A stretch of DNA of 63,381 nucleotides, counting the filler, from Phoronis australis (taxonomy: Eukaryota; Animalia; Phoronida), in assembly GCA_002633005.1 (NCBI GenBank). It is 4 parts of 4 records of this genome, joined end to end, with 100 filler letters (N's around TTAATTAATTAA, not from the genome) between each part and the next. Parts side by side here need not be neighbours in the genome. Positions count along the whole stretch, not along the records: positions 1 to 31,960 come from NMRA01000813.1; 3 more parts are not named here. One strand, 5' to 3'. The notes beneath the pieces were generated by a model that did no database searches, was not told the origin of the DNA, and saw only the letters and a list, made by a program, of their open reading frames with translations. Below, in pieces: positions 1 to 14,900 of the stretch (position 1 is its first letter; each line of letters begins with the position of its first letter). The translations under genes and the position numbers were made by a program.

Positions 1-44
1 CATCACCGAACGATGTTGATAGAAACTGATTGCTAAAAACTTAC

Positions 45-205
45 CAAGTAATGTTGTGTAGTCTCCGAATGGAACTGCATAGTCATAGACATAGAGCACA
101 CACGGGGCTTCAGCATCCACACACTTTTTGTCAGTTAGTTGACCCTGTTGACCGCAGTTGTCCACGAATATAGTAACCTTAGGTCTTTTGGGAATTTGTG
201 GCCAC
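45..205 (-). mobile_element. Degenerate THAP-domain exon of a DNA transposon, in an intron of the channel gene
   Basis: Minus strand, bounded by CAG/GTAAGT, reads GHKFPKDLRLLYSWTTAVNRVN*LTKSVWMLKPRVCSM. This fits the THAP pattern (H/F)xFP...W..AV.R...W....VCS; it has an in-frame stop. Confidence 0.5.
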
Positions 206-1136
206 CTGTAGAAGACTTGCACCAGGGAAATTAGCAGTAATAAGGCTTAGCGCGACGACGTATTTTGATAAAAATTCCATCTTTTACCAGTTGTTTACAT
301 GCAGACAGCCACGCATGCGCAATTCAATCACCACTAGTACAGCAGCGACACCGCGAGGAGAATTCTCCGAATAGCCCCATTGCATACTCAACAGTGGTGA
401 ACGAATCCTTGGACTCGTGTGTTGTCGGGCGTGATGTAAAACAGTCTTGCTTCAGTGTTATTTTACACTACGCAGATGCGCACGCTCTACACGTGCTGAA
501 TTCGAAACCGTGGACTCGTGCATCCGGGCTAACAGCAAGTCATGTGACTCTACGGGGAAGTGCGACCATTAAGTGGCTGATACCCCAGATACCCCTAGCT
601 TACTAAGCAAGAGTTAAAGCTACGTCAGAGGGGAGGCCTACAAAGATTACGAATTATCGTAGCGCATTACTGTAACCCTCACTTCACCAAATCTTTTTGC
701 TGTTGCGATTGAAGTTCGCACGTACGTAGATATGAAACACCTCCAAGAAATCACTTGAGGCTACGGAATTACCCCGGTGGTAGCCTATGCGACGATTTTT
801 GCCGTTAGGTCCCCAAGAATAACGATTTGGTAATACCCTTTGAAGACACTGAACAAATAAAAAGCTATCACATCATAATTTCCCCTAAAATTAGTAAGTT
901 AACTACTTATATTTGAAAATAATTAATTACTTTGAATAACAAGAATCAAATCGAAAATAATCAAATTCCTCTTAAAAGGAATCGAATTCCTAAAAGTGCG
1001 TATCACCCCACCCTTAGTACTGATTTCTTACACCTCTTGCTTGATCTACGAAATTTCCACTTCTGATGTTGGCGATGGCCGTATTACTCAAGTTATATTC
1101 TGTATCTTATTTTGATATTCCGTTGGTCAATTTCAG

Positions 1137-4100
1137 AAGCACACTCAGAATTAAAACACACTGCCTTCAACTCATCTGATTCTGGAAATATCAGCCACTC
1201 ACATGGCGCTACTCCGGGAAAATTTGTCGGACATGTAGTAAATCCGACCAAACCACTTTATGCCTACACGGTTGCTATTTATTGGGCCGTGGCAACTACT
1301 ACTTCTACTGGGTAAGCTGTGTTCATTGACCGTATTCCAGTGTACATTACGTTATAACGGATACATACCATTTAAGAGTCACTGCATGAGTTGAAAGATG
1401 AGCTACTGATTGTGAGAGATGCAGCTTGTATTAATAGTTCACTAGGCTGATAAATCACCTCAATAGACCATGATGGTTTCCGCTAAAGATATCCATTTCC
1501 TAGAAAGTTGGAACCCCGCAAATTTGGGATATGTTAGGTCATGGAACCCGTTTTATCAACAACGGCGGTAATTGCTCAGACTTGTAATAACAAACGGTCT
1601 TTGAAAGGTGTCATAAAGTTCTGGAGCTAAGATCGAATTTACGTTTGTCTTCATTTTTTGCAGAAACACAGTTTCTGAGTCACAATCTTTTAAGCACTGT
1701 GATTGGTCCCAGGACCTTTGGGTCGCCTGTGCTTAGTAAACGAAGTTTCGTTCTCATGTTTTAGCTATGGCGACGTAGCAAGTGTAACAATGGCGGAAGT
1801 CTGGCTCGCGTCCTGTTTCATGTTAGCGGGAACGCTGTTCTTCTTTGGAATGATGGTCGGCGGTTTGACGTCAATTATGACTAATCTGGACAAGCAGCGA
1901 GCTAAGTTTGTGCACCATCTGAACAACGTGAAGAATATAATGGTAAGTATAGTTGAAAGGTTCACGACCCACGTGAAGGTAAATCTAGGTTGCAGCCAAT
2001 CAAAAGGAAAAGCCCTTACTTTCCATCATGCTAGTGTAGGCCTACCGTTTAATGGAATACAGCTGGTCCCCACCAGTGATCATAATGGTACATGAAAAGG
2101 TACACAAACTGCTGGTGCATTGGGTCGTGGTTTTAACATGTTCTACCTTGGCCAACGAGTGAGTGTTCTAGTTCTTGCGAGAGTCAACCAACGGAGCACC
2201 AAGGCGGAGGTTAGGGTTCTGTCTCCTGAAAAGTAAAATTTTAAGTCTCAAATGACTTGGGTAAGATATTTCGTTGTACGCTTCACACATTTTCCCCCTG
2301 TAAGACTGTTTTTGACGTCATCCAAAAATCAGAGCCCGAATTTCTAAGGATTGTCTGGAATGGGCGTAATATTCCCTCAATATAATATTTTGTCAGGACG
2401 TCATACGTGCATTTTCATTATTGTGCCTTCTACGGTGCAAACCACGGACCAGCGGATAGGTGAAAATTTTGTTTCAAAATGATTTTAAATTTAATTAAAG
2501 AACCCTGTTGCGGAAGCATGTGTTTAGCAGATTTGCATGTCAAATTGAATATCTAATAATGATAATCAAATCACGTATTTCCATTCAACAAACTTCATAT
2601 ATCCTTTTGTTTCACAATATTTTGTGCATTACTTGGTAGTCTGAAATGTCAATCAGCGACGACCTGCGATTGCTTGTGTTGGGGTATTATGAATACACGT
2701 GGCTTCGTAACAAAGGAGTGAAATACGAGCGTTTGTTTGATACCCTGCCGCTGTCCTTTCGACAAGAAATATCACTTCAGTTGAATCACAAGATCCTGGA
2801 TAAGGTAAGATATAAACTAAACGGATTCCACGATTATGCTTTCTGCGTTGTTCGTTAAACTCATCTTTGTCACATGCATCTTTGGAACGAATCATCGAAA
2901 TGTGTCGGTTTTTATAAAACACGTTCTGCTGTGAAGTTATTTTGGCCATTTTTGTGGAGATAGCCGACTGGAATTTTTGTGCAAAGCCAATTAGGACGAC
3001 TCTTCTGGAGGCAGATCACTGGCCACTTAAAAAGAGTGTTCACAAAGGCGCCCCATCAGTAATCTTGTGATTACATATTAATTAACATAACACAACTGTG
3101 CATTAATGCCAATATCCTGGCCGTTAGTGCGAACGACGTGGGCAATCATGTTCTAACTCCTATATAACATCGCTAATCCGTCTTTACATTGTAAGACACT
3201 TGATTTGGGAGCGTGACATAAGAAAGCTGATCAGTGGTGCATTTGACGAGCGACAAGACGTCCGTTCTGTCTTTTGATCGGACGGCGTGTGAACGCCGCA
3301 TTAGAAGAGACAATTGGGTCCATGGTTGCCACCCCCCCCCCTCAAATGTTTAGACATACAATTTCTATGCACTCCAAAATATTGTGGACGCATATATTCA
3401 ACATTGGCTGTTTGTGACACGAGTGGTAAAATCCGTAAACACAACGTTTACGTTATGCAAGTTCTGCGTAATGTTAACCTCACATGTTCATGCCAGTGAT
3501 CCTGCCCTTTTAATTCAAATTCGTGGATCCACCCTTGTGGGTAGATTGGTTTGTTCTGAAAAACACAGTATCACGAGAGTACCTATTTGAAACCTTTTTG
3601 GACCAAAACGAAATGTAACGAATATTTCTCATCATCATTATTTTGTTGTTACGCACAAGCAGTCATATTGTTTAACGAACCCTGTTATTTTTTACCAATA
3701 GAAGCATTTTACTCATGTTTTGTGGCAATCTTTTTAAAAAAAATGTGCATTGCAATGATGATGGAATGATTTATTTGAACACATAGTCATCAACACAAGT
3801 ACGGTAACATAAAAACAAGTGCTATTTACATTTGTCAGCAACGCACTGTTTCTCTTTTTGGAGGTATGATGTACATATTTCACGACGGAGGTGACAGGCT
3901 TACAACGGTTTGTCCAAATTCTCTCACTTAAGTCGCCTTCCCATTAGAGGCGAAATGGAAACTCCCATTAGAGGGAAAGTGAAACTCCGGTAGTTAATCT
4001 GCAAGCGAAACTTCGCTGAAAATAGTAGGATTTAAAAGCGAAGCTTTAGTACTCACCGAAATTCGCTGTATAGTGAGAACAGTCAGGTGGGGATTCGTCG

Positions 4101-5900
4101 AAGTTATCGGTAGAGGTCGCTGCAACGATATATTATTGTAGCGTAGCCGACGCACGTAAATAACTACAAGAAAGCATATCTGATGAAGAACAACCCTGAT
4201 CATTTTCATAAACACTCATAAGTGGCAGGAGAACAATTTTCAGTTAGCCTCGAAGCCACTACTCAATTCGTTTGAGAGAGTATGCCGAATGAACTGCGTC
4301 TGGTATGTTTACGATAACTTCGATGTCGCTGTCTAGTCGGAAAGGTAAGCGAAGTTTCGGTGAAGCTTCGATAAACCGAAAGCGCTTTTTGCCCTAGTTT
4401 CACGGAAGCGTCGCAACCTAACAAACTCCGCGAGTACAATACACACACTGTCTTTATACTCTACATTTAAATCCGTTTCGCAGTGCATTGCAAGTGATAT
4501 TTGAACCCAAATATTTGCAGGCTGCCATATTCTCCCACGTTGGTCCTGGCTTCCTGCGGATGATATCCATGTATATGAAACACCGGTTTTATTTACCCGG
4601 CCAGATCATATCTCAAGCTGGCGAGGTCGGACTGCAAATGTTCTACATACACAGAGGTGTGGTTGAGGTAACATCTGTAAGATTATCTAACAACACGTGA
4701 CTCCCTGCTTCTTTATTTCCCTGTGCCTTCTTCATCTAGCGTGTATTCAATGTTTGTACTCAACTGGTTAAGTGGAGCTGTGAAAAACATGACAACACGC
4801 TGAAATGGACAAACGCTGGGTAGTTCCGAAGGTGGATTGATGGCCCTCCACATCACTTTCTTTGCAATTTTTTTTACTCTCGTCTTTACCAAAGACTTAT
4901 AAGGTGCCATGTTTTCAGATTCTTGGGGAAGACGAAGAAGCTGTTGTTGCAACGCTAAAAGAAGGACGAATATTTGGGGAGGTATGAATACTAGGGCATA
5001 GAATCGATCGTTGTTTGTTGCAGCCATCATACGATATCACCATCTATTTTACCTTTTCTCCAGTCGCCAACGCCTCGGTCGCTACCTATGTTTATCCCAC
5101 TCCCGGTCGTTAGCCGGTTCTCAACCCTCCCACTGACTTCACCAGCCTCAGTCCTCAGCTACACTTCGTTTCCCACGCCCCGCGGTAGTTAAAGCGATAT
5201 TGCGACTTATCCGTTCGGCGGCGTCAAATCTTACGATAGGCCAATTTTCGAATCCATCCCCGCGCCCAAATTTCCAAAATACAACGGCACTTAATGTTTT
5301 TTTTTGTTGCAGATCAGCTTGGTTGTGAACGCTCCTCGTACCGCCACCATTCGAGCAGGCTGTCACTGCGACCTTGTGGTGTTGGAAAAACACGACTTGA
5401 TGTGCGTTCTTAAGTACTTCCCTGAAGGTATGGCATTAAATTCGAGTAATAACCTAACGGTAGGTGGAATAATCTAAAGCCTATATTTGTAAGAGCTAAG
5501 GTATTCGACTTAGTTTTGATTTATCTTTGATTTTTTAAAAAAATTTCATATTTTGTGTTTTGTTCTTTTCTGACTATATTCCGCAAAAATGTATGGGTCA
5601 CCGAATTAGTTTTTCATTAAGTCGTTTAAATAGAGGAACCTCTTGCAAAATATAAAATTTTCATAGGTTTCTGAAATGCCACCTATAAAGTTAATTAAAA
5701 ACGAATCAATTTCGTTGCACGGAGTGCGGATGTCAGCAATAACGTGCCCTTTTATCTTCTCAGTTCTCGAGCGAATCCGTGACATCGCAGACCACCGCTA
5801 CAACCGGGTTTCTAAAGCTGTCGTCAGCCAGAACCGAAAGGCGCAAAGCTCCGTTGTAGCCGTCTCCCATAGCATCCCGCAAAGGGTCTTCGAAATACTG
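1137..5900 (+). other. Channel repeat A (turret-pore-S6-C-linker-CNBD); S1-S5 lie upstream of the window
   Basis: Pore TTTSTGYGD is split by an intron (GG|C). C-linker YYEYTW...LPLSFRQEI. Phosphate-binding cassette FGEISLVVNAPRTATIRA is canonical. Confidence 0.88.
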
Positions 5901-8900
5901 GCAAGTACTTGACTGGTATAGTAATACAATAAATGGCGTCGCCTCCTACATTTGTAAACCCTAGGCCCATTCGAGCCATATTATAGCAATTTCCACGCGT
6001 GTTGGCATTGCTTTCGAGATTTGTCAACCCATGGACTATAGTACATGGACCGCCAACTCAGTATACTTTCAGTGTGCGAAATCCGTGCCAGAGACCGTCT
6101 GTGCTCTTCCGCACAACGTTACGTCATTATCCACGAGCGACACCTGGCCATTTCCGGCAAGTACGTCGTCTGCTAGTGCTAATCTTGGTCGGCTGTTGTC
6201 TGGTGTAGTAGCAGTTCTACCATTTTAAGATTTTGAACAGCGTTTCAATGACAAAATTATTATTTTGTTTTCGTTGTACTGGACAATAAAATAGATGCGA
6301 GAATTTCCTGTCACAATACACCAACCGGAAAATGAACCAGATAATTTAGGAGAGTGGCGTCGCCTCTAGGATAACACGGGAAATGATGTCAGAGTTGCGA
6401 ATCTGTTGTCTATAATCTATGTTCAACCATATGTTTTCAAAGGAATTTGTAATTCTTTGCATTCACTAGTAAAACAAAACATACCTGGACCCAAGGTCTA
6501 ATCTCAGACTCAGAGTTCAACTGATCACGCAGTAGGATTCGGGAACAGTTTCGAAAGTTGACTCAAAGCTTGGTATTACATATGTCAATTTTCGGATGCG
6601 GAGATTAGACTTCGGGCCCTGGATTACAAAATAATATTCCTCTGTTCTGTTCGCATTACTTTCACAAAAATCCGCTGTCCCAAATAATAAAAAATTTGCA
6701 ATAAGGGCATTTAAAAAGTCACACCAGGTAATCCCCTCTTGAGTGCCGCTTAACCTTATGTCAAATGCAAATTAGATTCATTCAATTGCAGCAGTCAATG
6801 AGGCACTCGAACGTAACGAGGATGCAAACGAAAAGTCTGTTTTGTCGACTTTTCCAAAAAAAAATTGGCTTTGTTGACAGATTCCTTAGTTTAGTAACTT
6901 CTGACTTTTGTAAACTCGACCTAACTGAATCTTGGTAGAGATGCAAACAAAAATATTGGTTAATGCGTGGCAACTCATTTACTCTGGCAAACGACGCATT
7001 CTCGGTTTTCTTGATGTCTGTCTGTTGGCATTGCATTATTTAAGTTCTTAAAACCACCATTTATCTAATTTTGACAAGTGACTACATTGTTAACATCATT
7101 GAGCCTTCGTTTATAGCACTGCATGCCACATTTGCGAATTCAATGTCCAAAAAACGAGAAAATAAAAGAAGAGCGAATTCAATTGAAAGTTTCTTAGCTC
7201 CGCGGACATGAGTGTGAAGTATGAACTTACGCGGCGTCAGTGTGTCATGTCCACCAACACGCGAAAATGAGCAGCAATGTCAGACGATCTTTCACACTAA
7301 CCACTTTGGAGAGTGACTAGTGCTGTGATTGGTTGTCTCAGTTTTTCGTAGTTTGTATCGACCAATCCTCGTAACTCGATGTCAGCTAATTAACATATCG
7401 TTTGACAGTGTTTGTGGGTGTTTTAATTTGAAACTGGATCGACTGGTGGGGATGATGTGAAATCGGTGATTTTTCAAAGTGCTTAAAAGGGCTTTAAAGG
7501 CTTTTTAAACGTTAAAGTAAGGTTTTAACTTTAGTATGATGGCATGGGCATTTTAAATCTTTTGTGTATTTTAATAAAATATTTGCTAATCTACACATAA
7601 TATTAATTCGATGCACATTGAATCTCACTTCTGTTCTTTGATTATTGTATCATGTAGGATGGTTGTTCACTCTTATTCAAACCAAAAACATGCTGCTGAT
7701 TTATTATCACTGTACATAATACTGATATGGTATTATCTTACTATTGTATTCATGGCTTCTGGCGATACTCTTTTGGAAAAATATCACGCAACACGACCGA
7801 ACAATGCATCACCAAAAATTTGGAAGTTTCTGCAGGTGTAGACAAAGTGACCAATTTCGACATAACGTCAGCAAACCCAAGGGTTTGATTGGGTTTTCGA
7901 ACCGGAATTTGGTGGTTTAGACCTGGATCAGGGTTCGTAACGCCGAACTCGATAGTTTTGTCCTCCGTGTACGGTTAGCTCGAATCTGGGGACAGTGCTC
8001 ACGACCGTAAGTCCGTACAAAACAGAAGCTTTAGATGCTGTTCATATTTTGTACTAAGGTGTATGTAGGACAACTCTAGACTCCAGTAGATTTTGGTGAC
8101 CTCAAGTTCTCTCATAAAAAAGTGTTGGCGCAATATCTCAAGGAGAAAGCTTTAGATTTTGTTGAGAATTTGCTACCAGAGTATAGGTGTTGAAGCTCTA
8201 GCCGTCAATGGATTTTGGTGACCATTAAGCTTGACATCAAAATCAAAACAAAGATGTACATTTTTTAAAACGGAATAGTCTTTTAAGAAAGTTTTTGGAA
8301 TTGTAAGTAAGTAAACATTATTTTTCAGATGTGTTGGAAATAAATTTTTGTAAAGATATTTGCACAGAACATTTATTACCAAATAAAATTATAACCTTGA
8401 AAATGCGTGCATCCTGAGGTGTAATTTGGTCACCCGGCGACTACTGCTTGTCTATTCTACTTCCATGGGAACACAAAACAAATGTCAATGATTGTGGTTC
8501 TCAATGTTATTCTGGTTTAAGCAGATGGGTTCTAACATATTAATCTACAGAAGTGAAATACCAATGCAGGAAATCGATATTTACAGCATGGCACTTCGGA
8601 GAGAAAGATGTCGAATACGTCGGCATTATTCCCTAACCTACGTCCTTCTTACCAGCACGAGTCAAGCTACGAATTGTCGAAGAGATTTAATCAACTGATA
8701 CATCGTCAGCACACTGTGTACTCGGACGACAACATGGAGGTCTATGACGAAGAGAAGAAGCTCTTTCGTCCAGTAGCGCGGGAGAGCATATGGCAGGTGA
8801 AGTGGTTTTAAGGTCTTCATTTTTCAAATATTTCCCCATCGCCGAACGCCTAGAAATACCTTTGTCTAATGCATATTTGGGGTGAGTTGAATGATGGTAT

Positions 8901-11900
8901 TTTGCATCGTTTTAGTAAAATTAAATGAAACGAGTTTCAGGTTACATCTAGTTAGTCGACAGCTATTCCCAAAATAATGCTATGACGTGAGTGACATCGT
9001 TTTTTAAGATATCAACTGAATTCAATTTGGAACAGTAAACTGAATTAGACAGAGCTTTACTTGTTGTGTACCCACATGCGCACGCACGCGCGCACGCACT
9101 TATACACGGCAGTCAGGTGGATGGATTTCACAGAAACTTAACACGGAGGTGTGCGACGACAATGCGCTGGCAATATTGGAATTTTGGGAGAATTCGACCA
9201 CTACAGCAGCCCTTTGTGGCCACTTGGGACTTGACAAGGGTTTTAGTGGTACTGTTGGAGGGAACTAGGTCATATGTAGAGAACCAATTGACGGATTTCA
9301 GTGAAACTTGACAAAGAGGTGTGTGATGGCATTGGGTAACATCAGGTGATTTTCGGGCAATTCACATCAGTGCAGGACCTTGTAGTGGCGTGTTCGATAT
9401 CTTTACGGATGTTGATGAAAATTGGCGTCATCACTAGGGCTGTGCAGGCCACGACGTTTTCATCTGTCCGCCCTTCAGGGCCAGATGGCGCTTGGCTTTT
9501 AAGCGTTTCTTGGGAGAAGAACGTTCCCGGATGATATCTGGAGAACGTATTTCACCGAAACTTGGTAAAAGGGTGTGTGACGACAATGCGCTCACACCAG
9601 TTGATTTTCGGAAGGAGGTGGGCGTTTCCAAGAGAACAAATTGACGGATTTCAATGAAACCCGACACAGAGGCATATGACGACATTGCTCCAGTTTCAGT
9701 CTATTTTCAGGCAAATTCGATTTCTACAGCAACCCTGGTGTTGTTTTGCGTGCGAATTTGACCTTTGCAGCACCACAAGTCTTTTTAGTATTTCTAAGGA
9801 AGGAGAAAGTTTCCGAGTAATATATAGAAAAGAGATCGACAGGTTTCAATGAATCTGATACAATGATATGTGACGGTAGTACGCTGGTACCAGTCGATTT
9901 CGAGCGGATTTGATTACTGCCGAACTCCCCCCCCCCCCCCNNCCCCCCCCCCCCCCCGTGGTCATTCCACGTTGGAGAGCATGGCTTCTACCTGTTTTGA
10001 GTAGATGCTAACAACTTAACAACTTCTGTGCTCGGCGTTATGTCATTTTGTGCCTATCCTTGTATCTGGCGAACCTCATGCTTGTGAAACAGACCTTTGA
10101 TTGGATGCGTAGTGATGAGACCCTTTGTGCATGTTTTATTTCTTTATTGCAAATGTTAAAGACTGTACTTTTTTAAACAATTAAATTTCATGTTATTTTT
10201 TAAAAGGTGAGGTACCAACACTTTTTGTCAATCCACAGCATTGAGGCTACCTCTTGTTGTCAAATTGTTGCTTGCTTGTACTGTACTCGAAACTGATAAA
10301 GCAATTTTAGAAATATACCGTTTGCGGTGCACTGTGGTCTAATTTCACTGCTTTTCGGTGAAAATGTGTCCAAGAATCTATCATGAATTTGGAGCACATT
10401 TTAGTATTTAGCATGTTGTGACGCTTGTTTCTTTTAGCCTTCTTTGTGGTAACAATTTCCAAATTTCACATTTGATGATTACCGTTTGAACTTTTTATAA
10501 CATTTTTCAATATTTTATATACAATTTTTCCATTCGAAATGCTTCAACGTCGGAAGGAAGAATCCGTGGAAGAACGTTACCTAAGAGTCGTATTAATTTT
10601 TGTTACAGCAAATCAAGGATCGTGTTTGGAATAAATTCGACTATGTGAGGAATACGCTGGTGAATCCCGAGTCTACGCTGTTCCAAGTATGGGAAACGAT
10701 CATTTTGATAACATCCGTCTACAACGGGTTTTACGTGCTGTTCTTGGGATGTTTCACGACGAATGGATTAGTTACGGTTAACGGTAAATCTTTCTGAGTA
10801 CCTCTTCAACTTTATTGCTTTTTGCTAGAGCAAATCCAGGTTCATGGTCAGATTTGGCTATGATCATGGGCGGCGCAGCACTGAAAAAACGGGAGGGGGG
10901 TTGTACGCCCCCCATGTATGACAATGGACAGACAAATTGGCGACATTTCTTATTTCAACAAGAGTGGCCGAGCAGGGGACACTGCTTCCTCCCCTAGATA
11001 GGCGCCAGCTTCGGGGATTCATCTGTCGCTGTTGTCACGCCTTGCGCACAACCCTCATTAGACACCCTAAATCTCTCTATTGTTGTCGTATAGCACCAAC
11101 ATGTCCTGTACGTTTTTGTTTATAGTTTACTCCTGGACTTGGCTCCAAGCTATCTGTGTGATCGCGGACATTTTCAACATTTTGGACATTCTGTTTCAAT
11201 TGCGTACAGCCGTCCATACGCCAAACGGTGAGAGCTTTACGCTTGATCAAGCTTTTTTTAATCGTGGTTACAGGGTTCAAACTTAGCTCAAGCTAAGAAC
11301 ACAAAATGCCCCAGGTATACCAGTTTTGCTTGGAGGCTTTGAAAAAAAAGAATTACAAAAATGCTCATACTTATTTGTTGGAATTTGTTTGTGCGACATG
11401 TGAAACCTTCCGAGTATTTGGTTTGGCTTCAACTTTTCAAGGTTAGAATCAAAAACAATGCTTGTAACGTAAAAAATCAAGTTCTAACCCTAGGCTACGC
11501 TTCGCAGTTTACGCAGGTATTTGTTTTCAATTAAAATAATCATATCGATCAAAGAATACATGAAATCGTCATTTCAGAAAACCCACAATCAACCCGCTTG
11601 CCATGTTTCTGTTGTCGTTTGTTGTTTTTTTTCTTGTTTTTTTTTTTAATACACATTTTTGCTTCCTTAGGTGTATTTGAAGACTTTGGAAGTATTAAGA
11701 AGTATTATATCCATTCGCCAAGGTTTGCTATGGACCTGCTAGGTGCCGTGCCGTTCGACTATTTCGCTGCCGGAGAACATCGACAGTGGTGGTTTGCAAT
11801 TCTTAAGCTCAACAGAGCGTTGAAACTTTACAAGGTCATTTTTGTTGATGCATTTCTGGCGTACGTTCCGTAAGCGCGAGCACCTCGCGAAAACGCGATA

Positions 11901-14900
11901 TTAAGCGAGACAAGTGAAGCTTCTGATCGCACTAACTTTCTCCCGTTTACTAAACTGAGCCATGGTATCACTTGTCTGTGTTTTTAGGCCTTTTCATACT
12001 AATGTCGACGTGTCGATGTTTTGGGGAGTTGCAGTCAGTATGAAAGGTTAACTTCGGGCCTGGATCGAAGTTACCAGCGGTAGTTAACTTCGCATTAATA
12101 GGTGGATTTAACAGCAGAGCGTCGACGACATGGTGCAGTAAGAACGATCAACTTCGGTCCCCATCGAAGTTATCGCCAGGGGCCACTGTTGTCATCAACT
12201 TTAAAGGGCAGTGTCGTCGCTAATATTTGTCTACATTTTGCTCGAATCATCAGCAATCGTGAATTCGCACATCTTAATATTACTTCGGTGACAACGGCGT
12301 CATCTACTGTTTACTTCGATGTCCGTTGTCACGTTTTTCCCCGCGCGTGGGTGGGCGCAGGTGGTTATCAACCGGTGCTAATAGCTACGATAGACTGAAG
12401 AATGGTCGGATTTAATCGCGTTATTAATCTCGATCCTACGTTCACAAGCCTACTCAAACAATACCTCCAACGTAATGTTTGTTCTATGCTCCAGCCAGTG
12501 CTGCGAAGCCATGACTTGTGATGAACTTCTGAGGCACGTTCAGCAACTGTTACATGTACACTCGTTGATTCAATAACCTACTGTCTCTGTGGCTGTCTTT
12601 CTATAGGCTATCGCTGTAACTGCTGATTGTCTTCACTGCAACTCAACTGTAACTCTCGCTGGTCACAACCCCGTGTTTGGGTATTTATAGTCTCATGCAA
12701 TGTCCTAGAACTTTTCACCAATTTAAGTACATTCTAGAACTTTTCGGAATCTACCCAATCATTCTCCAAACTTATACTAGGCTCTAAAATGCTCCAGATT
12801 GCATTAATCACTTACATGCTAGAATCCTCTAGAATGTTCCCCACTATTCTTTGGTAAACAAATTACATCATCACTGTCCTGACCTCAGGGGTCATGCTAA
12901 TCAATAACTATCTGCTACAGCACACACAGAACAACAGAACAACAGAACAAAATAATTAAATAAGTCCCAGTCCACTCCTGACATCCGTTAACTACCGACG
13001 CCGGTATGAAGGGTTCAGTTAAATTCGTAGTCAACGTCGAAGCTATCAAAAGTTCATATGTTAGTTGAATATTCCCCTGAATATCTCAGTATGAGAACAA
13101 AACTACAACAATACTTATAAAAACAATGTACTTCTTATCAGTCATAATGCGTTGTGCAACTGAAGCGATAGATTTAATTTGTAATCTGCGCCATGAACGC
13201 GCGTACAACGTCTTCGTGTATAGTTACAAAAAGACAACTCAGGCTGCATATCAAAAACAATTTATTTTACAGGTACCAGTATATTTTAAAGCAAAAGAAG
13301 AATCGATTCTGTTTAATATCGTCACCGTGAGAATATTCAAGTTTCTGATCTATGTTCCTCTCGTGACACACTTCATAGCGTGTGCTTGGTTCTTCCAAGC
13401 CTGTGGGCTGCGGGAAAGGTACTGTTTTCAGACCGTTATGAGTTAGTGGCTAACGTCTGTGCTGTGTCGAATCATCGTCTTGTTCTAGTCGGCATTCATT
13501 TGTAAGTCGGCATTTGCTTTAAAAGACGTGAACTCGCCAGTCACAATATCTTGTGCGTTACAAGTTCCCTTTTGAAGCACATGTAGTTAGTAACAATAGA
13601 AGTTAATGTTGCATTTCACCCCGCTTAGCTGGCTAAAAATCGAAATAGGCCTTATACTTCTATATACTCGTTCTCCTAATACTCGTTATTAGTTTGATAG
13701 CAATGTACTTCCCTGACCAACTCAAGTCACAGGTAGTCATAAGTACATACATGTACACAAGTCGTTACAGGGTTGGACAATCTCAATAAACTCTGATAAA
13801 TTTATTGAGTCGTTGGTAGTTTCGATGTCTTGTTGGTAACGAGAATAGAATCCTATCACGGTAAGAAATAACATGAGGCGAATTTCTGAGAGTAAGGACC
13901 TGTTTTGATTTTCGCTTTTATCTAGCTAAGCAGCACGAAGTGCTGTAGCAGGCAGCCGAGATAATTATTGTCTTGTTTGCAACGCAGTGCTTCAGTCCAT
14001 GTATATGTGTGTCAAAAGTACTCATTTAATGTTGAAAATAGCACAAAAATTGCGTAAAAGACACTTCACATTGTAATACGTGGGCGGAAATGACCACAGT
14101 CGAGCATCGTTTAGTTCTATTCTCCACAGGTGCGAACCGGAGAGTTGGGCACAGTTGTCCTCGGCTGCCTTTAACAACAATACTTCGTTGACTTTCATGT
14201 ACATCTCGTCCTTTTACTGGGCTACTACGACAATGTCAAGTACAGGATACGGCGACATCGTTGCCTTCAATACGTACGGCAGGGTTGTAGCCATTATTGC
14301 CATGGTAACAGGGCTTGGTCTTTGGGGATACCTTCAGGCAGCTATGGCATCAACTATCTCCGCGCTAGATGCTCCGAGGTATGTACAACCAATGAGCTCT
14401 TTGGTGCAACTGATTGTTCATTGTATTGGCCTCGTCTGTGAAACCTTTTTTTACAAGACAAGAGCTCATCAATGACACCTTAAAATCACTAACTTTATTT
14501 CGAAAACACCAAAAAAGAACAACCTGACCAGTCGATCATCTGTCAAATTAGAACACCCCAATCACTATCAGACGGTATGTTAATTAGTTGATATCGAGTT
14601 ACGAGGATTTATTGGTCTATACACACTACGCAGAATAGGGACAACCAACCGCACCATCAGTCATCCTCCATTGTTTTTAACGTGAAAAGACCTCAGATAT
14701 TGCTGCTCGTTTCCCCGTGGTCAATGGAATAATAAATAAATGCAAAGCGTTGGGTTTGTAGTGGTTGTGACAACCCATTATTGAGCGCGCTGTGGCTCCT
14801 TTCCCTTTTCCGCAGAACACCAGAGAAGTGCGTACGTGGCAGAAGTTTCAAGTTTACGATAAAATAATAAGGAATGGCGAGGCGTTGCATTTGTGGTGGT

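Noticed and set aside
265-606. 113-aa ORF and most other short ORFs in the track
   Set aside because: No recognisable motifs, or they are antisense/alternate-frame shadows of real exons or repeats; many start at non-ATG codons, which is inappropriate for this eukaryotic DNA.
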